From an uncultured Chloroflexia bacterium (GTDB lineage Bacteria > Chloroflexota > Limnocylindria > Limnocylindrales > CSP1-4): 64,000 nucleotides of DNA. The notes beneath the pieces were generated by a model. It searched no databases. It saw only the letters and a list, made by a program, of their open reading frames with translations, and was not told the origin of the DNA. Location of the stretch: NCBI GenBank assembly GCA_963779315.1, contig CAVZXQ010000019.1, forward strand, positions 81,444-145,443. The letters are read 5' to 3'. Below, in pieces: positions 1 through 9,440 of this stretch (position 1 is its first letter; the number at the start of each line of letters is the position of its first letter). Position numbers and translations under genes: made by a program.

Positions 1-929
1 CCCGCGAGGAGATCGACACCGTCCTCGACGTGGCGATGGACCTCAAGCGGTTGCGCGCCCTCGGCCAGCCGCATCCGTACCTGCGGGACAAGGTCCTCGC
101 GATGCTGTTCTTCTACTCGAGCACGCGCACGCGCGCCTCGTTCGAGGCCGGGATGGCCCAGCTCGGCGGCCATGCCCAGTTCATCGAGAGCCGGACGACG
201 CAGATCGCGCACGGCGACACCCCCAAGGAGATCGGCGAGATCCTCGGCCGCTACAACGACGGGCTCGCCATCCGCAACGTGGACTGGGGCAGCGGGAACC
301 AGTACATCCGCGAGGTCGCCGCGGCGAGCCGCGTGCCGGTCCTGAACATGCAGTGCGACCTGTACCACCCGCACCAGTCACTCGCCGATCTGCTCACGAT
401 CAAGGAGAAGAAGGGCGACCCGCGGGGACGGACGATCGCGATCAGCTGGGCCTATGCCGCGAGCTACCAGAAGCCGATCAGCGTCCCGGTGGACCTGTCG
501 CTCCTCACCTCGCGCTACGGGATGCACGTTCGCCTCATCCACCCGCCGGAGTTTCGGCTCCCGACGGACGTCGTGGACCAGGCCGCCGAGAACGCCCGAC
601 GATCGGGCGGATCCTTCGAGCTCATGGACGATTTCGACGCCGGGATGCGCGGCGCCGACATCGTCTACGCCAAGAGCTGGGGGGCCCTGCTCACCGCGAA
701 GGACGACGCCGACGGCGCGGACATCGCGAAGAAGTACACGGACTGGATCACCGACGAGCGGCGGATCGGGTTCGCGGCCGACGACGCGATCTACATGCAC
801 CCGTTGCCGGCCGACCGGAACATCGAGGTGACCGACGCCGTGATCGACGGTCCCCACTCGGTCGTGTACGACGAAGCCGAGAATCGGCTCCATGCCCAGA
901 AGGCGGTCATGGCCCTCACGATGGCCTGA
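1..929 (+). CDS. ygeW: YgeW-type knotted carbamoyltransferase (5' end lies upstream of window)
   Basis: The frame is open from nt 3, before the listed Met at 30. Motifs seen: STRTR, QIAHGDT, NMQCDLYHPHQ, WAYAASYQKP, YMHPLPADR. This pattern resembles the YgeW branch rather than ArgF/PyrB. TGA at 927-929. Confidence 0.8.
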   Translation, partial: REEIDTVLDVAMDLKRLRALGQPHPYLRDKVLAMLFFYSSTRTRASFEAGMAQLGGHAQFIESRTTQIAHGDTPKEIGEILGRYNDGLAIRNVDWGSGNQYIREVAAASRVPVLNMQCDLYHPHQSLADLLTIKEKKGDPRGRTIAISWAYAASYQKPISVPVDLSLLTSRYGMHVRLIHPPEFRLPTDVVDQAAENARRSGGSFELMDDFDAGMRGADIVYAKSWGALLTAKDDADGADIAKKYTDWITDERRIGFAADDAIYMHPLPADRNIEVTDAVIDGPHSVVYDEAENRLHAQKAVMALTMA

Positions 930-980
930 GAGCGGCAGGCGTGACGCCCAACGAGCGTGCCGCCCCGAAGGAGACGAGAC

Positions 981-1928
981 ATGACGGACAAGACCCTCGT
1001 GGTCGCGATCGGCGGCAACTCGCTGATCAAGGACGCGAGCCACCAGACCGTGCCGGACCAGATCGCGGCGCTCGGCGAGACAAGCGTTCATATCGCCTCG
1101 GCGATCCGCGATGGCTGGCACGTGGCGATCGGCCACGGCAACGGCCCCCAGGTGGGATTCATCCTGCGTCGCTCCGAACTGGCCGCCCACGAACTGCACG
1201 AGGTCCCGCTGGACGTCTGTGACGCCGACAGCCAGGGGGCGATCGGCTACGAGCTCCAGCAGACGCTTGGCAACGATCTTCGGCGGTTGGGGTTCGATCG
1301 ACAGGCGGTCACCGTCATCACCCAGGTGGAGGTCGCCCACGACGACCCCGCCTTCGAGCACCCGACCAAGCCGATCGGCACGTTCATGGACGAGGCGCGA
1401 GCCATCCAGCGACGTGACCAGGAGGGCTGGGTCGTCGTCGAGGATGCGGGTCGGGGCTGGCGTCGGGTCGTCCCCTCGCCGCGTCCGCTCCGGATCGTCG
1501 AGCAGGACGCGGTCCAGGCGCTCCTCGCGGATGGCTTCGTCGTGATCACCGTCGGCGGAGGCGGCATCCCCGTCATCGCGGACGCTCAGGGATACCTTCA
1601 CGGCGTTGCGGCCGTCATCGACAAGGACTACGCCTCGTCGCTGCTGGCCACCGTGGTCGGCGCGGACGTATTCGCGATCACGACAGCGGTCGAGCGCGTC
1701 GCGCTCGATTGGGGCAAGCCGACCCAGACCTGGCTCGATCGCCTCACCGTCGCGGAAGCCCGTGGCTACATCGCCGAGGGCGGCCACTTCATGCCCGGCA
1801 GCATGGCGCCCAAGATCGAGGCCTGCCTCGAGTTCCTCGAGCGTGGCGGCTCCGAGGCGATCATCTGCGCGCCAAAGGACCTGGAGCTCGCGCTAGCGGG
1901 CAAGGCGGGAACGCTGATCGTGCCCTGA
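981..1928 (+). CDS. arcC: carbamate kinase
   Basis: ATG 981 is preceded by GAAGGAGA. Motifs seen: VVAIGGNSL, GHGNGPQVG, ITVGGGGIPV, AVIDKD, GSMAPKIEA. The listed ORF start at 957 is probably too far upstream. Confidence 0.85.
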   Translation: MTDKTLVVAIGGNSLIKDASHQTVPDQIAALGETSVHIASAIRDGWHVAIGHGNGPQVGFILRRSELAAHELHEVPLDVCDADSQGAIGYELQQTLGNDLRRLGFDRQAVTVITQVEVAHDDPAFEHPTKPIGTFMDEARAIQRRDQEGWVVVEDAGRGWRRVVPSPRPLRIVEQDAVQALLADGFVVITVGGGGIPVIADAQGYLHGVAAVIDKDYASSLLATVVGADVFAITTAVERVALDWGKPTQTWLDRLTVAEARGYIAEGGHFMPGSMAPKIEACLEFLERGGSEAIICAPKDLELALAGKAGTLIVP

Positions 1929-1997
1929 GCTGCTCGACGGGCCGGGCGACCCTTCGATCCAGCCGCAGGAGGGCCGTCATGCATCGACGAACGAAGG

Positions 1998-3301
1998 TTG
2001 GTTCGAGCCGTCGCCGCGGCGGGCCTGACGTTGCTGGCCCTCGTTCCCGTGCCGGCTGCCGGGGCGGATCCGCTGACGATCGTCTGGCAATCCAGTAGTC
2101 CGTTCATCGCCTACGCGGCCGGTGACGGCGGGGTCGATGCTCGCCCAACCTTCGTCGTCACCAATGGGACGACTGAACAGCTCTCCACCCACGTGACCCT
2201 CACGCTCGACCCGCCTGAACTGATCGGGCCCGAGGACCCGCCATTCGCCTTCTGCGACAGTCCGTGGCCTGTCGCCGGCGCGAGCCTGACCGGCTTCTGC
2301 AACGTTCCGATCCGAGCCGATCAGGTCGCCGACGGCACGATCATCAAGGCGCAGCTTACGATCATGGCCACCACGGCCGAAGGGACCGTCCACAACGCCA
2401 CGACGGGCGTCCTCGAGATCATCGGTGTCCGTTCGGCCGCGAGTCTGTCGCTGGCGATCGATCCATCGCCCGACCCGATCGTGGTCGTCACGCCTGGCGA
2501 CCTGACCATCGGGTACGACATCACGAATGACGGCACGGTCGAGATAGACGACGCAACCGCCGAGGTCCGCGTCACGATCAACGGCACCGGGTCCCCGTCA
2601 CGAGAGCCGGAGTGCCCGGTCGGCGTCGGGCCCCTGGTGGTCGGTCAGTCCCGCCACGAAACGTGCACCGTCACCTTCGCACCCGACGAAGTCGCGCGAG
2701 GCGGAGCCACACTCGAAGCCGTTGTCGAGGGGACGGCGGGCGAGCTGACCCCACGGGCATCCGACACCTTGGAAGTCCATGTCGTCACCGCCGGTCCGCG
2801 CCTCGAGGTCGACCTGCTCGAGATCGGCCTAAACGATACCCGCCCTGCCCCGGGGATACGTTCACGCTCGAGGTATCGCTCTACAACCTAGGCTCCGTGC
2901 CGCTGGACGTCACGACCTGGACCGACCCGGTCTCGCCGGATTGTGCCCGCTCCATCGGGACGCTCAGTGTGCCGGGAGGCCGGGTCTTCGAGTGCCAGTC
3001 CCTGGTGCCGGCGAATGAGACCGCCTGCGTCATGCCGTACAGCGTGTTCGCCCGCGGGACGGCCGCCGACGGTGCGACAGCCGAAGCGAGGATCGACAGC
3101 CTCGCGACCCTGACCCAGCCCGCCGGATGCAGCGCGGCAGGTGGCGAGAGTGGCAAGATCCCGATCCCCGCGACCGACACGGTCCAGCTGAGTGGGTCTC
3201 TCGGACGTGGCTGGGTGGATGCCGTGGCGCTCCTTGTCGTCGTCCTGGCGGCCATGGCGCTCACCATCGGGCGCCAGGCCGGCACGCGCGACGCCCGATA
3301 G
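1998..3301 (+). pseudogene. secreted repeat-domain surface protein with C-terminal TM anchor, frame-disrupted as assembled
   Basis: Signal-like N-terminus (LTLLALVPVPAAGA). Two similar domains with conserved Cys. The reading switches from ORF 1998-2891 to ORF 2612-3301 near 2830-2880. The C-terminus carries a hydrophobic anchor followed by RQAGTRDAR. An ATG at 1979 may be the true start, which would require one more shift. Confidence 0.55.
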
Positions 3302-3309
3302 GACGCCAT

Positions 3310-3346
3310 CTATATCGCTTGACACTATATCCGTAGCTGATATAGT
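3310..3346 (+). promoter_or_regulatory. padR promoter/operator: TTGACA-16 nt-TATAGT with three CTATATC half-sites
   Basis: TTGACA at 3319-3324 and TATAGT at 3341-3346, which lies 6 nt before ATG 3353. CTATATC at 3310-3316 and 3325-3331, and inverted GATATAG at 3339-3345. This is an AT-rich island in GC-rich DNA. Confidence 0.6.
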
Positions 3347-3352
3347 CCCGGC

Positions 3353-3706
3353 ATGGAAGTCACCCGACAGCCGCAGCCAGCCCCGACTCTATCGCGGACC
3401 GCGACCCTCGTCCTGATCGCCATCGGGCCTGAAGAGCGACACGGCTACGCGATCATGCAGGAGATCGAGCGGATGACCGACGGCGCCACGAGGCTCGGTC
3501 CCGGCGGCGTCTACACGACGATCCGGCGCCTCTCGGACGACGGCCTGATCGAGGAGTGCGACGAGCGGCCGGATCCCGGAGCGGACGATCAGCGCCGTCG
3601 CTACTACCGGCTCACCGGCACAGGACGAGCCATGGCGGGAGCGGAGGTCCGCCGGCTTGACCTGCTGGTCCGTGCCGCACGACCGTGGGCCCTGGACGCC
3701 GGCTGA
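3353..3706 (+). CDS. PadR family transcriptional regulator
   Basis: Winged-helix PadR signature: HGYAIMQEIERMTDG...LGPGGVYTTIRRLSDDGLIE...RRRYYRLT. Confidence 0.85.
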   Translation: MEVTRQPQPAPTLSRTATLVLIAIGPEERHGYAIMQEIERMTDGATRLGPGGVYTTIRRLSDDGLIEECDERPDPGADDQRRRYYRLTGTGRAMAGAEVRRLDLLVRAARPWALDAG

Positions 3707-4527
3707 TGGCCGCGCCGGTCGGACGTCACCAGCGCGTCTACCGCCGGCTCCTGCGGCTCTACCCGAGCGCGTTCCGGACCCGCTACGGCGACGAGATGGT
3801 CCAGCTGTTCGGGGACCAGCTGTGCGATAGCCGGGTCCGTGGCGAGTCCAATGGCATCGCGCGCACGTGGTTCCACGCGGTGTGGGATCTCCTCGTGACA
3901 GCAGCATCGGAGCATGGGAGGGAACGATCCGTGGCTCACTCGCTATCGGCTCCACCAACGCCGACGACCCGGACTCTCGGGCTCCTTGGCATCCTCGGCG
4001 GCGCGATCCTCCTGATCGCGTTCCTGCCCTCCATGGACATCGAGCGGGGCTGGAACTTCGTGCGCTTGGGGTTGTATTGCCTTGGCGCGTTGGCCATCAT
4101 CGTCGCGGTCCATCGACGCCAAGTCGCCGTTTCGCCGCTCCTGGCCTGGAGTGGGTCGATCCCGGCGTTCGCGACCACGGCCGCCTATCTCGCGATGCTT
4201 GCCCTGACGGGTTGGCGCGAGCGCCCGTTCGCGGGCGACTTCGGCATCATCTGGTCCGTGGTCAGCTTCACGATGTGGTTGGCGGACGGCTGGTTCGGCG
4301 TCGTCACCTTCAAGCTGGGTGTCGTCACCCGCTGGGGCGCGCTGGCGTTGATCCTGGGGTCCTTTGCCGTCATCGGCATCGACCGAGTCGGGCTGGTGAC
4401 CTCGCTTGAGCCGAGCCTCTTCAGTGTCCTCGCCTTGGGCGGCGTCGCACTCAACGGCATCGGCTGGGTCCTGCTCGGCTTCGATGTCGCGACCCGACGT
4501 CGACGGGTGGAGATCCAACAGCCCTAG
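3706..4527 (+). CDS. PadR-associated polytopic membrane protein
   Basis: The start overlaps the padR stop (ATGA). The N-terminus YRRLLRLYPSAFRTRYGDEMVQLF is typical of PadR-linked membrane partners, followed by about 6 hydrophobic helices. Confidence 0.7.
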   Translation: MAAPVGRHQRVYRRLLRLYPSAFRTRYGDEMVQLFGDQLCDSRVRGESNGIARTWFHAVWDLLVTAASEHGRERSVAHSLSAPPTPTTRTLGLLGILGGAILLIAFLPSMDIERGWNFVRLGLYCLGALAIIVAVHRRQVAVSPLLAWSGSIPAFATTAAYLAMLALTGWRERPFAGDFGIIWSVVSFTMWLADGWFGVVTFKLGVVTRWGALALILGSFAVIGIDRVGLVTSLEPSLFSVLALGGVALNGIGWVLLGFDVATRRRRVEIQQP

Positions 4528-4702
4528 CGGGACGACAAGCGGACCGATGGCGGGCGGGCCGCGACCTCAGGAGCCAGCCGGCGTGGTCGATCGACTTCTC
4601 GTTGATGTCGGCCGTATCGAAGGTCATCATCATCGTGTGAACATGCTCGTGCCCGGTCTGTCCCTCCTCGACGTCGATGGTGCCGTTCATCGCGTGGGGG
4701 GC

Positions 4703-5521
4703 TCAGGCGGGCTCCGCCTCCATCCGGTCCAGCCAGTCTGCGACCAGGGCGCGGAACAGGACCCGTTGTTCCTCGGCGACACCGTGGCCTGCGCGGTCGA
4801 GCACCGCGAATGTCGCCCTCGGTAACTGGTCGTCCAGGTCGAGCGCGTCCGCGTACCCGCACGCGGAGTCCTGGCGCCCCGTCACGACGAGGGATGGCCC
4901 GGCGAAGGGCTCGAGGAGCGGCACCGGGTCGACCGACAGCGCGTACCGCTGCTCGATCCGGGCGATGAATGCGTGATCGGCGGCCATGATCCCTGGCTTG
5001 ACCGACTCCCGAAAGGCCCGGAGCGTCTCGGGCGACCGAACGACGGCCATGCGCAGCCAGAGCTGTTCGTCCGGACCGACGTCCGCGACCACGTGCGGGT
5101 CGTCGATGAGCACCTGGAACGCCGGCAACCTGGTGTCGCGTCGGAAAGCATGCATCATCGGCGTCCACAGCATCAAGCCGGCAAGCCTGGCGGCCCGGTG
5201 CCGCGCGACAGCCAGCGCGAGGTAGCCGCCGTAGGACACGCCGCCAACGGCCATGCGCTGACCGGGCGCGACGATCTCGAGAAACTCGAGCACGATCTCG
5301 AGCATATCGTCCTGGCAGTTGATCCAGTCCGCGCCCGGTGTCTGGCCCATGCCGGGAAGGTCGGGGTAGATCCGGCGCCATCCTTTGCGCTCCGCGAAGA
5401 TCGGCTCAAGGTGGTGGCTCGGGAGGCGGTGGTCCGCCGGCCATCCGTGCAGCACCACGAGAGGGCGACCGCTACCGGCCTCCTCGTAGTGGATCGGCAG
5501 GCCCCGGACGGTCAGTTCCAT
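4703..5521 (-). CDS. alpha/beta hydrolase fold protein
   Basis: ATG at 5521 is preceded by AGGAGGA. HGWP oxyanion motif and GVSYGG nucleophile elbow. The longer listed ORF extending to 5707 is an unlikely extension. Confidence 0.8.
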   Translation of the reverse strand: MELTVRGLPIHYEEAGSGRPLVVLHGWPADHRLPSHHLEPIFAERKGWRRIYPDLPGMGQTPGADWINCQDDMLEIVLEFLEIVAPGQRMAVGGVSYGGYLALAVARHRAARLAGLMLWTPMMHAFRRDTRLPAFQVLIDDPHVVADVGPDEQLWLRMAVVRSPETLRAFRESVKPGIMAADHAFIARIEQRYALSVDPVPLLEPFAGPSLVVTGRQDSACGYADALDLDDQLPRATFAVLDRAGHGVAEEQRVLFRALVADWLDRMEAEPA

Positions 5522-5725
5522 CTCGATCCTCCTAGACACCAGTCGGCCATCGCCCGCCGTCGGCCGAGCCCGCACTGTGACAGGTCCTGGCTCCCTCGTG
5601 CGCCTTCGAAACCACGGCTCGCCGCATGCTGTCGCGGCGTCCGCGCCGGCTCGCGCCCGCGCGGCGCAGTAGGATTGCCGCCATGTCGCGCGCTCCTCGC
5701 GCGCCACTGGTCGCGGGGTAGCACG

Positions 5726-8587
5726 ATGGTGGACTCGTTCGCAGCGGCGACATCCGGCCCCGACGCCGGCGCACGGTCGGCGCGCTCTCGACCTTCCTGT
5801 TCACGGACATCGAGGGCAGCACGCGCCTCTGGGAGGAGCACGCGGCCGCGATGGGCGCGGCCCTCGCGCAGCACGATCGACTCCTGCGCGCGAGCGTCGA
5901 GGCGCCGCGGCGGCACCGTGATCAAGACGACCGGCGACGGGATGCTGGCGGTCTTCGACGACCCGATCGCCGCCATGGACGCGGCGCTCGTCGGCGCAGC
6001 GAGCGCTTCGCGATGCGACCTGGGGCGAGACCGGCCCGCTCCGCGTCCGGATGGCGCTCCACGCCGGGCGCCGCCGAGACCCGCGACGGCGACTACTTCG
6101 GCCCGTCGCTCAACCGGGTCGCGCGGATCCTCGCCGATCGGGCACGGCGGCCAGGTCATCTGCTCGGCGGTCGCGGCCGTCCTCGCCGGCGATCGGCTGC
6201 CGGCGTCGGTCGAGCTCGTCGACCTCGGCTGGCACCGCCTCCGCGACATCGACCGGCCCGAGCAGGTCTACCAGGTGGTCGTCGACGACCTCCCGCGGCA
6301 GTTCCCGCCCCTTCGCTCGCTGAGCACGCGCCGCTCCAACCTGCCGGTCCAGCTGACGAGCTTCGTCGGCCGGGAGAAGGAGCTGGCCGAGGTCGCGGCG
6401 CTCATCGGGCGCCACCGGCTCGTCACCCTCATCGGCACCGGCGGGACCGGCAAGACCCGCCTGATGCTGGAGGCCGCCGGCCGCCTCCTCGACCGCTACC
6501 CGGACGGCGTCTGGCTCGCGGAGCTGGCGCCGCTCGGCGACCCGTCGCAGATCCCGTCCGAGGTCGCGCGCGCCCTCGGCGCACCGGAGATCCCTGGCGT
6601 CCCGGCGCATCGCGACGGTCACGGCGTTCCTCGCCGACAAGGACCTGCTGCTGCTGCTCGACAACGCGGAGCACCTCGTCGACGGCGTCGCCACGCTCGC
6701 CGAGCGGCTGCTCGCGCACGCGCCCGGGCCTGCGCATCCTGGCCACGAGCCGGGAGGCGCTCGCGGTCCCCGGGCGAGGCCGTGCTCCAGCTGCAGTCGC
6801 TGACCTGCCCGGCGGTCGGCGGCGTCCGATCCGGGACGTACCGCCGACGCGCCGCTCGACATCGAGGACGCGGCCTCGACCGAGGCGGTCCGCCTGTTCG
6901 CCGAGCGCGCCGCGACCGTCGACCCGGCGTTCACGCTCGGCGAGTCGAACGTCGCCTCGGTCGTCGAGATCTGCCAGCGCCTGGACGGCATCCCGCTGGC
7001 GATCGAGCTCGCGGCGGCGCGCGTCTCGGCGATGTCGCCGGACGACATCGCGATCCGGCTCGGGCGACCGGTTCCGCCTGCTGGCCGGCGGTCGCCGGAC
7101 GGCCGTCCCGCGCCAGCAGACGCTCCACGCGCTCATCGACTGGAGCTGGGACCTCCTCACCGACGACGACCGCCGCCTGCTCCGGCGGCTGTCGGTGTTC
7201 ACCGGCGGCTGGACGGTCCCGATGGCGGCACGGATCGTCGGCGACGGCCGGACGGCGACTGGATCCGCTCGATCTGGGGGACGGCCTGACGCGGCTCGTC
7301 GACCGCTCGCTCGTGATCGTGGACCGCGACACGATGCGGTACCGGATGCTCGAGACGATCCGCCAGTACGCGCGCGAGAAGCTCATCGCGGCCGGCGAGG
7401 CATCCGCCGTCGCGGACCGTCACTTCGCCGCAGTACGCGGCCCTCGCCATCGAGGCCGAGGAGCCGACTCGCGGCCCGGCGATGGTCGACTGGCTCGACC
7501 GCCTCGACGCGGAGCTCGACAACCTCGGCAGCGCCCTCGAGTGGGGCCTCGAGGCGGAGCCGTGGGCTGCCGTCCGGATGGCGACGGCGCTCCTCCCCTA
7601 CTGGGCCGTCCGCGTCATGTCGCAGGACAACGACGCCCGGATCGTCGCGGCGATCGAGATCGCGAGGGCCCGGGTCGTGGGCCGGCCCGACGCCGACCCC
7701 GCCGACCAGGCGCTCGCGGCCAGGCTCCTCGGCGAGGCGGCGCGGCTGTGGGCGATGTCCGGGCGGGCGATCGATCGCGCTCGCGTGGGCCGAGGAGGCC
7801 ACGGTCCTCGCCGACGCGAGCGGCGACCGCGCAGCGCAGCTGGCCGCTGTCGTCGGCCTGGCGATCGCGACGGTCTTCTCGGGCAAGGCCGGGCCCGGCG
7901 GTACGGACGTGCGGCCGATCTTCGAGCGCGGCCACAGACCTCGCCGAGCAGAGCGGCCAGTGGTGGGTCCTGTCGATGTCCGCGGCGTTCGCCGGCGCCA
8001 GCCTCGGTCCGTTCGAGCCGGAGGCCGGCGCGGCCCTGATGCGAGCGCGGGGTCGAGGCGGCGAAACGATCCGGCAGCCCGTACGCGATCGGCGCCGCGT
8101 CGATGGCCCAGGGCCGGATGCTCGGGAGGCAGGGCCAGACGGACGCTGCCGTCGCCGCGTTCGGCGTGGCGATCCAGCGGTTCTCCGAACTCGGGGACGA
8201 GCGGTTCGTGCTGGCGTGTCGGAGCGACCTGGCCCACGCGCTGCGCAAGGGCGGCCGGCTCGAGGAAGCGCTCGCGCTGTACCACGAGACCATCGATGGC
8301 TGGATCCACCTCGGGCACAAGGGAGCGGTCGCGAACCAGCTCGAGAACATCGCGTACGCGCTCACCGAGCGCGGCGACCCCGACCGGGCGGTTCGCCTGC
8401 TCGGCGCCGCGGATACGATCCGTGAGGTTGCCGCAGGCGAGCATGGCCTTCGATGAGGAGCCCGAGCAGGCCGCGGTCCTGGAACGGTTGCGCGCCGTGC
8501 TGGACGCCCGCGGCGTTCGAGGAGGCCTGGGTCGCCGGCCGCGCCCTGTCTCAGCCGGACGCGGTCGCGCTCGCGCTGGCGGACTGA
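5726..8587 (+). pseudogene. class III adenylate/guanylate cyclase - NB-ARC/AAA ATPase - TPR (STAND) regulator, at least ten frame changes as assembled
   Basis: Cyclase motifs FLFTDIEGSTRLWEE and GGTVIKTTGDGMLAVF. Walker A LIGTGGTGKTRL and Walker B LLLLLDNAEH. TPR-like tail (RLEEALALYHETIDGW). The pieces are spread over all three plus frames. Inferred stop at 8585-8587. Confidence 0.75.
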
Positions 8588-8626
8588 CGCGCCCGAGCCG
8601 GTCATGCGGCGGCGAGCGCCGGTCGG

Positions 8627-9157
8627 TCAGCGTGCGGAGCCGATGGCCTCGGCCAGGCGGATCTCGACCATCAGATCCGCGGCCAGTCGCTCCAGCCCAC
8701 GATGCAGCTCGGACATGTCCACGCCGTCCGGAACCGCCGCCCGGAGGTGCGCGTGGAACATCCGGCTGCCGGACATGGCCGCATCAGGACGGTCGGTCGT
8801 GAGATCCTCGACGTTGATCCCGTGGGTCGCGAGGAGTTCCGAGATCTCGTGGACGAGACCGGGTCGATCGAGGCCGAGCAGTTCGATCTCGGTGACCCGC
8901 GGGGGCGCGACATCCGCCGGCGCACTCCGCTCGACGATGACGTGTAGGCCCATCGCGCTCAACCCGCCGAGGGCCGCCTCGAGCGCCTCGACTTGCTCTT
9001 CGGCAACCTCGACACAGAGCACGCCGGCGAACTTGCCGGCGAGATGCGCCATCCGGCTCTCGAGCCAGTTGCCCCCGTTGGCGGCAACGACCTTCGACAC
9101 GGCATCCACGATCCCGGGTTGGTCCGGGCCGATGAGTGTGAGGACCAGGTCGATCAT
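8627..9157 (-). CDS. GcvR-like tandem ACT-domain protein
   Basis: MIDLVLTLIGPDQPGIVDAVSKVVAANGGNWLESRMAHLAGKFAG, followed by a second ACT repeat (LLGLDRPGLVHEISELLATHGINV). Confidence 0.75.
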   Translation of the reverse strand: MIDLVLTLIGPDQPGIVDAVSKVVAANGGNWLESRMAHLAGKFAGVLCVEVAEEQVEALEAALGGLSAMGLHVIVERSAPADVAPPRVTEIELLGLDRPGLVHEISELLATHGINVEDLTTDRPDAAMSGSRMFHAHLRAAVPDGVDMSELHRGLERLAADLMVEIRLAEAIGSAR

Positions 9158-9440
9158 GGCGGCATCGTACCGCGTCGCATAGGTCAGAGACAGCGCGCGC
9201 ACGGGGGATGCGAGACCCGATCGAATCCGACGGACCAGAGCTGACTTCCGACCCTGGGTGTCCCCGACCGCGAGGTTGAACCGAAAGGCATCGCGAACGC
9301 GGCGCCCTCAAGTCGGGCCACCCGCCCGTGCGACCGACGGACGCATGAGGTCGTGCCTGCCTCGGACGGAGTCGCGGGCGCACTACGTTGTCGGTTGGAC
9401 ATCGGTCGGCGTCGCCCTATGCGCCTGGACTCGGCTGGCG

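Noticed and set aside
378-1787. 469-aa minus-strand ORF and other long antisense ORFs (for example 9258-10625 plus strand, 14251-15558 plus strand, 15284-17194 plus strand, 42651-43937 minus strand)
   Set aside because: They lie opposite genes with strong family motifs. They have low-complexity Arg/Asp/Gly-rich composition and no recognisable motifs. They are open antisense frames expected at high GC.
4973-8802. Listed ORFs of 1150 aa (4973-8425) and 983 aa (5851-8802) as single giant proteins
   Set aside because: Large parts are Arg/Pro/Gly/Ala-rich off-frame translation typical of very GC-rich DNA. Recognisable cyclase, ATPase and TPR segments alternate between frames, so they are chimeras of one frame-disrupted gene. 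The 5' part (4973-5700) is antisense to the alpha/beta hydrolase gene.
9158-9440. Glycine riboswitch upstream of the GcvR-like gene
   Set aside because: Only an ACCGAAAGGCA-like fragment is present. The paired CTCTGGAGAG/ACCGAAGG aptamer cores are absent on both strands.
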